A stretch of DNA of 64,000 bases from the NCBI GenBank assembly GCA_016783445.1, contig JADHWO010000004.1, forward strand, positions 11,212 through 75,211, read 5' to 3'. Below are positions 19,368 through 28,299 of this stretch, piece after piece (positions within the stretch are counted from its first letter, which is position 1; the number at the start of each line of letters is the position of its first letter). Source of the stretch: Candidatus Aminicenantes bacterium (GTDB lineage Bacteria > Acidobacteriota > Aminicenantia > Aminicenantales > Aminicenantaceae). A program made the position numbers and the translations under genes. The notes below the pieces were generated by a model. The model saw only the letters and a list, made by a program, of their open reading frames with translations. It did not search any database and was not told the origin of the DNA.

Positions 19368-20822
19368 ATGTCATTTATCTTTGAAGGATTCAAACCACTT
19401 CTTCTCTGGAAGCATTTTGAGCAAATCATGAAAATCCCTCACTGTTCAGGAAACGAGACGGGCCTGGGCGATTATATTATATCAGAGGCAAAACGTCTGG
19501 ATCTGGTTTGGAAAAGGGATAAAGTCGGAAATGTTATTGTTGCAAAAAAAGCATCTCCAGGTCACGAAAATGCGGAAACAATTATTTTCCAGGGACATAT
19601 GGATATGGTCGGTGAAAAAAACTCTGATGTTGCTCACGATTTTGCCAAAGATGCTATACAAGCTGAAGTCCAAGGAGAATGGGTTCAAGCTAAAGGAACC
19701 ACTCTTGGCTCAGACAACGGGATAGGCGTAGCCGCCTCCCTTGCCATTATGGAAGAAAACAGCTTAAAACACGGCCCCCTGGAATTCCTTTTTACTGTGG
19801 ATGAAGAGACAGGCCTCACCGGTGCTACTAAAATAGGACCTGGTTTTCTAACAGGAAAAAAACTCCTCAATCTGGACAGCGAAGATGAAGGAGCCTTTAC
19901 AATTGGCTGTGCTGGCGGAGCTGATTCAGAAATCACCTATCAATTAAAGAGGCAGACAAGTAAAGGCGGCGAGCTCTACAGGCTCAAAGTTTTCGGTTTT
20001 AGAGGTGGACATTCAGGGATTGATATCGACCAGGGGCGTGGAAATGCAATAAAACTCCTTACCCGTTTGTTATGGCAGACCAAAAAAGAATTCCCATTTG
20101 AATTAGTAATAATAGAAGGCGGGAATAAAAGAAATGCTATCGCAAGAGAAGCATGGGCTGATGTTCTCCTTGACCCTGCCCAGAGTCAGGAGTTTTCCTC
20201 TTCCCTACAAAAAGCTTTTGAAAAAATAATAATTGAATATAAAACCATAGAGAAAGACGCAAACTTCTCTTTTGAAAAATCAGAAGAGGAAAAAGAAGAT
20301 CCCTTGACTGACGAATCCCAGAAGGTTCTTATAAACCTCCTCTTTACTCTCCCCCACGGAGTGATTGCCAAACACCCTGAAATGAAAGACCTTGTAGAAA
20401 CCTCTACCAATATGGCAATTGTTAAAACTTTTCAAGACCATGCCCAGATTATCTGCAGCAGCCGGAGCTCTGTGGCATCAGCCCTGGAAGCAACACGAAA
20501 TTCGATCGAAGCTATATGTGAACTTGCCGGAGCAGACATTGTGCAACCTGATGGCTATCCTGGCTGGGCTCCCAACCTTCAGTCCTCTCTCCTTAAGATT
20601 TTTAAAGAATTATACCAGAGAACATTTCAAAAAGAGCCAGAAGTTGCTGCTGTTCATGCAGGCCTTGAATGTGGAATTATAGGAGAAAAATTTCCAGGCA
20701 TGGATATGATTTCTTTTGGGCCCACTATTGAACATCCTCATTCTCCGGAAGAAAGGGTTCACATAGGATCTGTAGAAAAATTCTGGACTTTTTTAACCGC
20801 TGTACTCGCTGAGCTGGCCTAG
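19368..20822 (+). CDS. pepD: Aminoacyl-histidine dipeptidase (M20C)
   Basis: Motifs QGHMDMV, TTLGSDNGIG, DEETGL, NLDSED, GGHSG, HAGLECG and HSPEE. RBS AGGAGG. Confidence 0.93.
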   Translation: MSFIFEGFKPLLLWKHFEQIMKIPHCSGNETGLGDYIISEAKRLDLVWKRDKVGNVIVAKKASPGHENAETIIFQGHMDMVGEKNSDVAHDFAKDAIQAEVQGEWVQAKGTTLGSDNGIGVAASLAIMEENSLKHGPLEFLFTVDEETGLTGATKIGPGFLTGKKLLNLDSEDEGAFTIGCAGGADSEITYQLKRQTSKGGELYRLKVFGFRGGHSGIDIDQGRGNAIKLLTRLLWQTKKEFPFELVIIEGGNKRNAIAREAWADVLLDPAQSQEFSSSLQKAFEKIIIEYKTIEKDANFSFEKSEEEKEDPLTDESQKVLINLLFTLPHGVIAKHPEMKDLVETSTNMAIVKTFQDHAQIICSSRSSVASALEATRNSIEAICELAGADIVQPDGYPGWAPNLQSSLLKIFKELYQRTFQKEPEVAAVHAGLECGIIGEKFPGMDMISFGPTIEHPHSPEERVHIGSVEKFWTFLTAVLAELA

Positions 20823-20824
20823 GC

Positions 20825-21580
20825 TCAGATAATACCTAGCTCGCTGAACTGAGGAAATCCTGAATGAGATATCCCCCAGCAGGCGAAAAGAATAAGACTT
20901 AATAAAAAGACACCCAGGAAAAATATAAGAAAGGGATACTTCCCTCTTTCTTTTTGTCTTCGAAAATAAAGAAAAAGAGCAAGGAGAAAGCCAGCTCCTG
21001 CGGCGGGAAAAGCAAAAACAACTGACTGGCCTTCTATTGCTTCCACTGTAAAAGTAAAACCAAATAAAACTGCCCCGACTGAAAGAAGAATAATGTTTTT
21101 CCAGGAGATAGACTTGATAAAAAACTGGGAAGCTATAATGACCAAGCCTACAGAAATTAGAAAAACTCCTCCGTGCCATATAAGATGGCTGATTGTCTCA
21201 TCAAAAAGATATGTGGCCCGGTATAATTCCGAATCTTTCATGTTCTGAACAAGCCTGGCAAGAGAATTCGAAGAGAGATGGATACCATGACCACTCACAT
21301 AACAAAGAAATCCAATAGCTAAAAAGATCCGCGCCGAAATCCTTAAATTATCAAGCGAGGGCAACTGCCCTTGGATGGAATATAGAGTTTTATTGGTACG
21401 TGAATAAAAAATGTAAGCTAAAGGAATAACGGCAAAGGGAGTTATAAAATCAAGTGTATCTCCCCCAGTTAAAGGCCATTTAAGATAGCTCGTAAGGAGA
21501 GCTGGCAGGATATGAAAAAAAGCGAAGGAAAAACAGAAGGCAAAAAACCAGAAATATAGCCTATTACTATCTTCTTTCAT
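20825..21580 (-). CDS. 7-TM membrane protein, possible CREST-superfamily hydrolase
   Basis: About seven TM segments. SGHGIH and DETISHLIWH His motifs. GGAG RBS upstream. Confidence 0.6.
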   Translation of the reverse strand: MKEDSNRLYFWFFAFCFSFAFFHILPALLTSYLKWPLTGGDTLDFITPFAVIPLAYIFYSRTNKTLYSIQGQLPSLDNLRISARIFLAIGFLCYVSGHGIHLSSNSLARLVQNMKDSELYRATYLFDETISHLIWHGGVFLISVGLVIIASQFFIKSISWKNIILLSVGAVLFGFTFTVEAIEGQSVVFAFPAAGAGFLLALFLYFRRQKERGKYPFLIFFLGVFLLSLILFACWGISHSGFPQFSELGII

Positions 21581-21591
21581 TCAAATCTCCG

Positions 21592-21777
21592 TCAAAAGAC
21601 ATGATAGAAATTGAAATTAATTCCTAAACCCTCGTCAATAAGAGCAATGTCAAACCGAACAACAAAGTTTTGAAGATAATATCTCAATCCTCAGTCAATA
21701 TCAACAACAGCTTTATTGAGCCTTATTCCTGAGAAGGATGGCCAAACGTTTCCCCAGTCTAAAAAAATGTTGCCTCT
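21592..21777 (-). pseudogene. 3' remnant of an Omp85/BamA-TamA-family outer-membrane protein gene
   Basis: Manual translation: RGNIFLDWGNVWPSFSGIRLNKAVVDID*GLRYYLQNFVVRFDIALIDEGLGINFNFYHVF*. This shows the Omp85-like FxDxGNVW and GLR..RFD motifs and a C-terminal Phe. It has an internal TGA at 21691-21693 and no 5' part. Confidence 0.72.
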
Positions 21778-21818
21778 TTTGTTTTTTTTCTAATGGAAGT
21801 TCTTGAGAATATCAATTT

Positions 21819-21850
21819 AAAAAGTTGACTAACCCGAGTTAGTCAGCTTT
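21819..21850 (-). terminator. Intrinsic terminator hairpin after the OMP gene
   Basis: AAAAGTTGACTAAC-CCGA-GTTAGTCAGCTTTT lies directly after the stop at 21851. Confidence 0.7.
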
Positions 21851-23305
21851 TTAAAAATGTAATCCAAAATTTATCCCAAATCCAAAACCGCCAAAACTTA
21901 CTCTTTTTTCAGGAAAATTTAGTATCATTGAACTATAAATCATATTAAATTGTTCATCATAGTCCCCAACATAATAACCGGTTAATTGAAAATCTTCGAT
22001 TTTTACAGGAATATATTTGTAATCGATATTCACTCCCACTGACCAATGCCTATTGAAAAAGTAATCATATTCTCCAAAAGCAATAAAAGTTAAGCCATTT
22101 TTTGAAAAATTGATATTATCGCCTTTCCCTCCTGAGAATCTCCATTCAGATGTTCTAAAATCTAGATTAAGATTACTTATTCCTATTCCAGCTCCTAGTT
22201 TAAAAGATGACTTCCTGAGAAAAGCATCTGGAATAGGCATCCACGCGCCTGTAATATAGTAAACACTTCCCGAATAATTTCCCAAGAGATAAAGGTCTGT
22301 GTAGTATTGTCTTCCTTCTTTATAGACTGTAACGTACTTATAACCATGAATTTCATGCTCTCCTAAAGGAAAATATCCAACACCCAAGGCAAATTTTTGG
22401 CTGATTGAATATTCAATTCTTATATTTTTAAAAAAAATAACAGGATCTTTTGCTACTTGCGGGAAATCTGTTGGTCCATATGAACCAAATGAAACAAAGA
22501 ATAGCATGAGCTCTCCACCTGGCTTTGTATCTCCAAAACCCCAATCTTTAAAATATCCTGAATAATTTTTAACTCCGTGAGAATTAAAATAACCAGGATT
22601 AAAAGTGAAATGAAAGCGGCTGAACTTACTAGATCTAGGTTTTTGATAATGTCTCTCATTAAATCTAATATGCTTTTTTTGAATTACATTTTTTTCAACA
22701 GGATTTCGAACTTTTTTCTTCATTAAAGAATTTGTCATTTTGTAACTATGAGGCAATTCTAGGGGAAACCGTGATTTAGAATTCAACTTTTTCAGAATGC
22801 TATCTACTTCTTCATTTGGCCTTCCTTCCAAAATTATCGACTCATCAATACCTTTGATAGCGCCCCAAATACCGCCAATTGGCGCTGATAAAATTGCCAA
22901 TCCTAATCCTCCTATCAAAGCCTTCTGACCGGCTGTCATACTGAACCAACCAGGCGGATCATCGCCGCTTAAAAGACCCAGCAATGCACCACTTCCTCCG
23001 CCAATCAATAATCCAGCTCCAAGACCTTTTAATAACTTTGATTTCTTCAAAATTCGGATACTTCTCAATTCATATATATCCGTTGTAATCCCAGATAAAG
23101 ATAAATCATCCATAAGAATAAGCTTGCTCCCTTTTACTGCTAGAAGTTCTGCCTTGATAATTTGGCCATCTAATGTCTGAATTAGAAGCTTAGCACCGTG
23201 TTTTTTTTCTTTAGCGTAAGAATCAGTCGCAAAAGTAATAACTGCAAAAAGTGTAATTAAAAATATTAGCTTCTTCCCCATTGATTTAAATTTTTTCTCT
23301 TTCAT
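21851..23305 (-). CDS. Putative outer-membrane protein (Gly-zipper region + C-terminal beta-barrel)
   Basis: GGGAGGA RBS before ATG 23305, then a signal peptide and a GLGAGLLIGGGSGALLG segment. The C-half has alternating aromatic strands and ends in GFGFGINFGLHF. Confidence 0.65.
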   Translation of the reverse strand: MKEKKFKSMGKKLIFLITLFAVITFATDSYAKEKKHGAKLLIQTLDGQIIKAELLAVKGSKLILMDDLSLSGITTDIYELRSIRILKKSKLLKGLGAGLLIGGGSGALLGLLSGDDPPGWFSMTAGQKALIGGLGLAILSAPIGGIWGAIKGIDESIILEGRPNEEVDSILKKLNSKSRFPLELPHSYKMTNSLMKKKVRNPVEKNVIQKKHIRFNERHYQKPRSSKFSRFHFTFNPGYFNSHGVKNYSGYFKDWGFGDTKPGGELMLFFVSFGSYGPTDFPQVAKDPVIFFKNIRIEYSISQKFALGVGYFPLGEHEIHGYKYVTVYKEGRQYYTDLYLLGNYSGSVYYITGAWMPIPDAFLRKSSFKLGAGIGISNLNLDFRTSEWRFSGGKGDNINFSKNGLTFIAFGEYDYFFNRHWSVGVNIDYKYIPVKIEDFQLTGYYVGDYDEQFNMIYSSMILNFPEKRVSFGGFGFGINFGLHF

Positions 23306-23336
23306 CTCATTCCTCCCTAATCTTCTTTCTCTACAT

Positions 23337-23401
23337 AATTTAGGCATATTGGGGAAAAGAGTTGTCAAAGAGATGTTAAAAGTTTGTTAAAAGTTTGTTA
23401 A
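23337..23401 (-). promoter_or_regulatory. Regulon promoter 3: four 11-bp-phased boxes + -10
   Basis: Minus strand TTAACA-N5-TTAACA-N5-TTAACA-N5-TTGACA-N20-TAAATT. Confidence 0.85.
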
Positions 23402-23417
23402 AAAAGCAGAAATATCG

Positions 23418-23460
23418 AAAAAAAGGGGACTGTTCCTTAAAAAATAGGAACAATCCCCAA
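23418..23460. terminator. Palindrome pair (GGGGACTGTTCCT/AGGAACAATCCCC), probable terminator of the radical SAM operon
   Basis: Inverted pair ~25 nt after the stop at 23486, followed by a U-tract on the minus strand. Member of the short palindrome family. Confidence 0.55.
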
Positions 23461-23485
23461 TATTTGCTGCTAGCAGAGGCTATTT

Positions 23486-24853
23486 TTACGAACCGGTAAT
23501 TGTATACACTTTTTTCTGAGCATGGTCTCTCTGGAAAATGGATAATCTAAAGAATACTGAGGAAATAATCAAAGAACGGAATATCCGTTTCAGTATATTC
23601 CCTTTAGTTGACATTGTGGAGATAAATCTCCACCACCTTTTAACAATACTTTTCCAGGAATAGAAGTATTTATTGATTCTGCGATAGGCTTTAAAAACAT
23701 CTTCCGAAGAAACTCGTTTTGGTGTAAAGACAAGATGGTCACCTTCATAATGTGAAAGGTCTTTATCAAAAATCCTCCCTTCTGACTCTACTTCTTTATG
23801 GAATGGTGTCCCGGGAATTGGGATGGAAATAGAGGTAAGTATTGAGCTCGGGTCAATATCATCAAGCCTCTCAGGCAGACTCTCGTAATAGGAAGGAGTA
23901 TCCTCATCAAGAGCCAGCATCAAACCTGTAAATGTCAAAATCCCACGCTTCTTAAGCTTCTCAAACAGCTCCTTGTATTCCTCCACTTTGTTCTGCCTCT
24001 TATGGACTGATGAAAGGCTTGGCTCATTTAATGACTCCAATCCAATAAAAGCCATTCCGCACCGCGCCTCGACTAACAGGTCTATATATTCATCATCATG
24101 AAGGCAGTCAAAGCTGAACTGGGCTCCTAATCCCCATAGTTTCAATTTGGCGATCTCTTTTAAAAGTTCTTTGGCATAACCCATATCTCCACCGAGATTA
24201 TTGTCAAGGAGCATTGCCATTTTGCGTTTATGGAATGGAAGTTTAGAGGTAGCGGTTAAATCACGGATCACATCCTCTATCGGCCTGCAGCGGTACGGAG
24301 TAGGTTTAACCGTAAGCTGACAGAAACTGCACTTGTATTTACATCCCCTCGTAGCCTCAGTCACAACAGGAACCGCAAAATCTGACTCAATCAGGTCATA
24401 TCGTGGAGGAGGTATATTGTCTAAAGATGGAGCAAGAGGTGCCTCATAAACCTTCTTCAATTTTCCATTTACCATATCCTCAACCACCTGGGCCCAAACA
24501 GGCTCTGCCTCCCCCACAACTACTGAATCCATGTGGGGAATAACCTCTTCAGGAAAAGTGGAAGGATATTTCCCACCTGCTACGACTGTTTTCCCAAGCT
24601 TTCTAAACTTATCCGCTACTTCAAAAGCATGGGGTGCACAGTAATCCATAAAGCTGAGCCCAATAAAATCTGCATCTGTGTTGTAATCGATAGGACGAAC
24701 CATCTCATGGAGAAGATCTACATCAACTATAGGTGGAGTCAAGCCAGCTACTAGAGCACCTGCGAGGGGTGGAGCTGGAGACCTGGCAAAATAAGTCTTT
24801 TCATCTCCCAGATTTTGGAAAAGTACAATAATTTGTAATTTTGGTTTATTCAT
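23486..24853 (-). CDS. B12-binding-domain radical SAM enzyme
   Basis: N-terminal cobalamin-binding-like domain (PPLA..VAGLTP, VVAGGKYPS, VVVGEAE). Also TRGCKYKCSFC, LDNN, FIGLES and PIPGTP. Confidence 0.88.
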   Translation of the reverse strand: MNKPKLQIIVLFQNLGDEKTYFARSPAPPLAGALVAGLTPPIVDVDLLHEMVRPIDYNTDADFIGLSFMDYCAPHAFEVADKFRKLGKTVVAGGKYPSTFPEEVIPHMDSVVVGEAEPVWAQVVEDMVNGKLKKVYEAPLAPSLDNIPPPRYDLIESDFAVPVVTEATRGCKYKCSFCQLTVKPTPYRCRPIEDVIRDLTATSKLPFHKRKMAMLLDNNLGGDMGYAKELLKEIAKLKLWGLGAQFSFDCLHDDEYIDLLVEARCGMAFIGLESLNEPSLSSVHKRQNKVEEYKELFEKLKKRGILTFTGLMLALDEDTPSYYESLPERLDDIDPSSILTSISIPIPGTPFHKEVESEGRIFDKDLSHYEGDHLVFTPKRVSSEDVFKAYRRINKYFYSWKSIVKRWWRFISTMSTKGNILKRIFRSLIISSVFFRLSIFQRDHAQKKVYTITGS

Positions 24854-25667
24854 TAAATTCCTCCTTTTTATTTCGTAATTTATTCGCGATTCTTTTCATA
24901 ACCCTTATAACAAGCCAGGGCAGGAAACTTCGAGACAGTGCCAGCATCTTACCTCCAAGGGAAAGAATTAACTCCTGTTTTTCTTTTTTTATGGCTCTAA
25001 CAATAGTTTTTGCAACTCTCTGGGGAGAAACATAGGGGCCAGGAGGCCGGTGTGCCCCTCCCACATTCTTCTCTTTTTCGAAAAAGCCAGTCTGAGTATA
25101 GCCTGGATAAACGTTCATTATTGAGACACCGCTCCCTGCCAGCTCGGCACGCAAACTCTGGCCAAGGGCAACAAGCGCGGCTTTACTGGCACTATAAGCA
25201 CCCAGATAAGGAACGCCGTACATGGCTGCAACAGAGGAAATATTTACAATTAGCCCGCTACCATTTTTTTTCAGAAGAGGCAGGACTCTTAGAATACAAT
25301 GAACAGCCCCAAAAAAATTGACCTCCATTACTGAGCGGAAGTCCTCTAATGCCGTCATCTCACTATACCCATAAACTCCTGTGCCAGCATTGTTGATTAA
25401 GATGTCGATGCCCCCTAACTGGTCTTCACATCTTTTAATAAGCTGGTTGACCTTCTCCCTATTTGCTACATCACAGGCAACGGCAAGGGGAGCTTGAATC
25501 CCTGGGAAAGTATCTTCTAATTCATCAGCGACCTTCCTCAGAGAGCCAAAGCTACGGGATGTTATAGCTAGTTTTGCTCCTTTATTTGCAAATTCAAAGG
25601 CAAGCGCTTTGCCGATTCCAGAAGATGCTCCTGTTATAAGCACTCTCAAATCCCTGATTTCTGACAT
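24846..25667 (-). CDS. Short-chain dehydrogenase/reductase
   Basis: Motifs TGASSGIG, INNAG and YSASK. Confidence 0.9.
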   Translation of the reverse strand: MSEIRDLRVLITGASSGIGKALAFEFANKGAKLAITSRSFGSLRKVADELEDTFPGIQAPLAVACDVANREKVNQLIKRCEDQLGGIDILINNAGTGVYGYSEMTALEDFRSVMEVNFFGAVHCILRVLPLLKKNGSGLIVNISSVAAMYGVPYLGAYSASKAALVALGQSLRAELAGSGVSIMNVYPGYTQTGFFEKEKNVGGAHRPPGPYVSPQRVAKTIVRAIKKEKQELILSLGGKMLALSRSFLPWLVIRVMKRIANKLRNKKEEFNE

Positions 25668-25694
25668 TTTTTATCCTAGTGACCGAAGTTTTGT

Positions 25695-25717
25695 AAAATG
25701 GAGACTGTCTCCATTTT
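25695..25717. repeat. Short perfect palindrome of the GGGGAC family
   Basis: AAAATGGAGAC-T-GTCTCCATTTT lies in the 5' leader of the SDR. Confidence 0.7.
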
Positions 25718-25751
25718 TCGCAATTTTTTAATTTATTTATCCTCTTTCTAT

Positions 25752-25816
25752 AATGTAACTCTCCCCTGAGATAAAGTTGTCAAAGAGATGTTAAGAGTTT
25801 GTTAAAAGTTTGTTAA
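25752..25816 (-). promoter_or_regulatory. Regulon promoter 2: four 11-bp-phased boxes + -10
   Basis: Minus strand TTAACA-N5-TTAACA-N5-TTAACA-N5-TTGACA-N20-TACATT. Confidence 0.85.
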
Positions 25817-25844
25817 AAAAGGCAGGGAAATAAAAAAATGTAGG

Positions 25845-25895
25845 AAAAAGGGGGCAGGCTACTTTTTTTTAAAAAAGTAGCCTATCCCCTTTTTT
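25845..25895. terminator. Hairpin terminator after the UbiA operon
   Basis: AAAAAGGGGGCAGGCTACTTTTT / AAAAAGTAGCCTATCCCCTTTTT inverted pair, 10 nt after the stop at 25906. Confidence 0.65.
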
Positions 25896-25905
25896 GCTTT
25901 TTTAG

Positions 25906-26334
25906 TTAATTAGTTCTATTTTTCCAGATTGCCAGAACAAGAAAAATACCTCCACCAAGACAGAGAAGGTTTATTAATATATTCAAAATACCTTCTCCAA
26001 CTCCTGTGAGATAGATTCCATGTTGGATATTAAACGAGATATCCAGAAGCCCAAGAAAGATAAGAGAAGCTCCCCCCATTAGGGAAAACAGACTGCCGTA
26101 AGACTTCTTTTTCAATAAGCCAATTCCACCGATAGTTAAAACTAAAGACAGATAGATATCAGGCACAGGAAAAGCTGATTCAAAAGCCAAATAGATCTCT
26201 TTCAATTGTGGGTCATTAAAACTTATTAAGTCCGTAGTAAAAAAAGCGATCCAGAAAAATACAATTCCAACTGCCAGTGCCAGCTCCAAAATGGCAGCAG
26301 TTTTAATCACTCCCGTCAATTTGACCTTTTTCAT
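25906..26334 (-). CDS. Small 4-TM membrane protein
   Basis: 142 aa with four hydrophobic helices. Contains YLAFESAFPVPD and LLDISFNIQHG. Confidence 0.7.
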   Translation of the reverse strand: MKKVKLTGVIKTAAILELALAVGIVFFWIAFFTTDLISFNDPQLKEIYLAFESAFPVPDIYLSLVLTIGGIGLLKKKSYGSLFSLMGGASLIFLGLLDISFNIQHGIYLTGVGEGILNILINLLCLGGGIFLVLAIWKNRTN

Positions 26335-26376
26335 GTCAAATCCAATAATTGTTTAAAATATTATATAAAGTCTTTA

Positions 26377-27216
26377 TTATTCGCCTGTTTGCATTTTTTT
26401 CTTCTTTTCACGTCTTTTTCTTATCGTACTGCTTCCAATCTTCTCCAGGAGCGGCAAAAGCAAGAAGTAAAACTTGGGAAAAGCCATTCCAATCCGGCAG
26501 AAAACTCCCATTCCGGACGGAACCAGTATTTCCGCCTTATTCTTACGCACTGCTTTGATTATTCCTTTAGCAACCTTTTCAGGTTTTAAGGGTTCCCCTA
26601 TAAAGGAAAGCACAGCCTCGTCATATAAAAGTTCATAATCAAGCTGTGGAGTATCTACAGAATCAGGACAAACTACAGCTATTCCCACGGGAGATTTACG
26701 CAATTCAGCATATAGCGAAAAAGAATAGCCTCGAATGGCGAATTTAGTAGCGCTATAGATAGCTTCACCCGGCATCGGAACAATACCTCCCAATGAGGCA
26801 ACATTGACAATTTTACCAGAATTCTGCTCTTTCATAAGAGGCAAAACTGCCCGGCATCCATTAATAGTTCCTAAAAAGTTTACTGAAACCTGATGATGGA
26901 CTTTCTCTAAGGCAATTTTTTCAGTTGCTCCTGGGTGAATAACGCCTGCATTGTTAACAAGAATATCAATTTTGCCGTACTTTTGCCTGACATTCTCTAT
27001 AAGCGACTGCCAGGATTCAGGGTTTGTGACATCATGTTCAATAACCATGGTCTCTGTTCCCAGATCCTTCAAGGCCACACTTAATTCTTCTAATTCTTTC
27101 TTTCGAATATCTGTCAGGACTAAAACAGCACCTTGTTTGGCAAAAATATGTGCTGTAGCTGAGCCTATACCACCAGCTGCACCGGTAATGATTGTTACTT
27201 TTTCCTTAAGCATCAA
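26377..27216 (-). CDS. Short-chain dehydrogenase/reductase
   Basis: Motifs TGAAGGIG, VNNAG and YSATK. Amphipathic/basic C-terminus. Confidence 0.9.
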   Translation of the reverse strand: MMLKEKVTIITGAAGGIGSATAHIFAKQGAVLVLTDIRKKELEELSVALKDLGTETMVIEHDVTNPESWQSLIENVRQKYGKIDILVNNAGVIHPGATEKIALEKVHHQVSVNFLGTINGCRAVLPLMKEQNSGKIVNVASLGGIVPMPGEAIYSATKFAIRGYSFSLYAELRKSPVGIAVVCPDSVDTPQLDYELLYDEAVLSFIGEPLKPEKVAKGIIKAVRKNKAEILVPSGMGVFCRIGMAFPKFYFLLLPLLEKIGSSTIRKRREKKKKMQTGE

Positions 27217-27252
27217 ATTTCTCCTGGTAATGTTTAAAATGTTTAGATTACA

Positions 27253-28299
27253 CTACCAAATTCCAGCTTCTAGTGCAATGTGAAGTAATTCTGTTATATA
27301 GCCTTGAGGATCAGAACCAGCCGTCTCAGACAAGTTTCTAATCAATGTAGTATTAAGAGGGATTAGCTGTTCTTGAGTCTTGATGCTTACTCCTTCTCCG
27401 CTGGCCACCTCACCAATTAAGATAGGCATCCAACCGTTTAGGGCGGCCCTTTGAAGAAATTTTTTTTCATTCTGAGGGCTTATGGTAAAACAAAGCTCAA
27501 ATTCTCCATGAACCGCTGCCAGAGCCAACCACGGCGGAAGATTTTGAGCTCTGCACACCTGTTGTACAACCGGATGCAAGATACGCTCCCAATCATTATT
27601 AAGAATGAATTTGTTATGATTCAGCCGCATAAGTGTATCTAAAGTATGTAAAAGACCATCACTTGTATCCATGCAACAACTGGCAAATTCCCTGACTATT
27701 ATTCCCTCTGCGATTCTTGCGGCTGGTTTGTAGAAAAACTCCAGCATTTTATAATCCTGCCCGGACAGCCGCAAAAAAGCAAAAATGCTTCCCAGGCCTC
27801 CTGGACCGGAAAGGTATAACTTATCCTTTGGTTTTGCTCCTATTCTGGTAATGGCTGATTTTTTTGGAACAAGTCCAACAGCACACCCGGAAAGAAATAA
27901 TTCTTTTCCCTGGTTAGTATCTCCACCAAGAACAAATGTATTCAGCCGCTTGCAGGCATCAGAAATTCCCTCTGTCAGTCTCGCCATAAATGCCTCATCC
28001 TGAGTTGAGGGGAAGCTAATTGACACGAGCAGTCCCAGGGGTTCAGCTCCAACCGCAGCCAGATCTGAAAAATTAACCATAGCCAGCATCCAGCCAATAA
28101 GATATGGATCATCATATAAGCCAGTGGATACCTCTTCCACCAAAGCATCCGTTGTTATTGCTAGATATTTTTCACTTTCCTTTCCAAAATCTATCAACTC
28201 TGCATCTGCTTCGTGAATCTCATTTTTTTTATGTGGAGCTTTGAGATAATTTTTAGTTATCTTCTCGATTTTTAAGTTTTCTAAAATATCTTTTTTCAT
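27253..28299 (-). CDS. ThiL-like (PurM/AIRS-fold) kinase, divergent
   Basis: Motifs TTDALVE, VNFSDLAAVGAEP, LGGDT, MDTSDGL and GEFELCFT. Lacks the usual GDDAA and HF elements. Confidence 0.78.
   Translation of the reverse strand: MKKDILENLKIEKITKNYLKAPHKKNEIHEADAELIDFGKESEKYLAITTDALVEEVSTGLYDDPYLIGWMLAMVNFSDLAAVGAEPLGLLVSISFPSTQDEAFMARLTEGISDACKRLNTFVLGGDTNQGKELFLSGCAVGLVPKKSAITRIGAKPKDKLYLSGPGGLGSIFAFLRLSGQDYKMLEFFYKPAARIAEGIIVREFASCCMDTSDGLLHTLDTLMRLNHNKFILNNDWERILHPVVQQVCRAQNLPPWLALAAVHGEFELCFTISPQNEKKFLQRAALNGWMPILIGEVASGEGVSIKTQEQLIPLNTTLIRNLSETAGSDPQGYITELLHIALEAGIW

Noticed and set aside
21691-21693. In-frame TGA as selenocysteine or recoded Trp
   Set aside because: TGA ends many intact genes in this window and the fragment lacks its 5' part, so a nonsense mutation is simpler.
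23363-23401. Phased 11-bp repeats as CRISPR, iterons or microsatellite
   Set aside because: There are no unique spacers and no rep or cas genes. The fixed position relative to -10 elements at three gene starts fits an operator.
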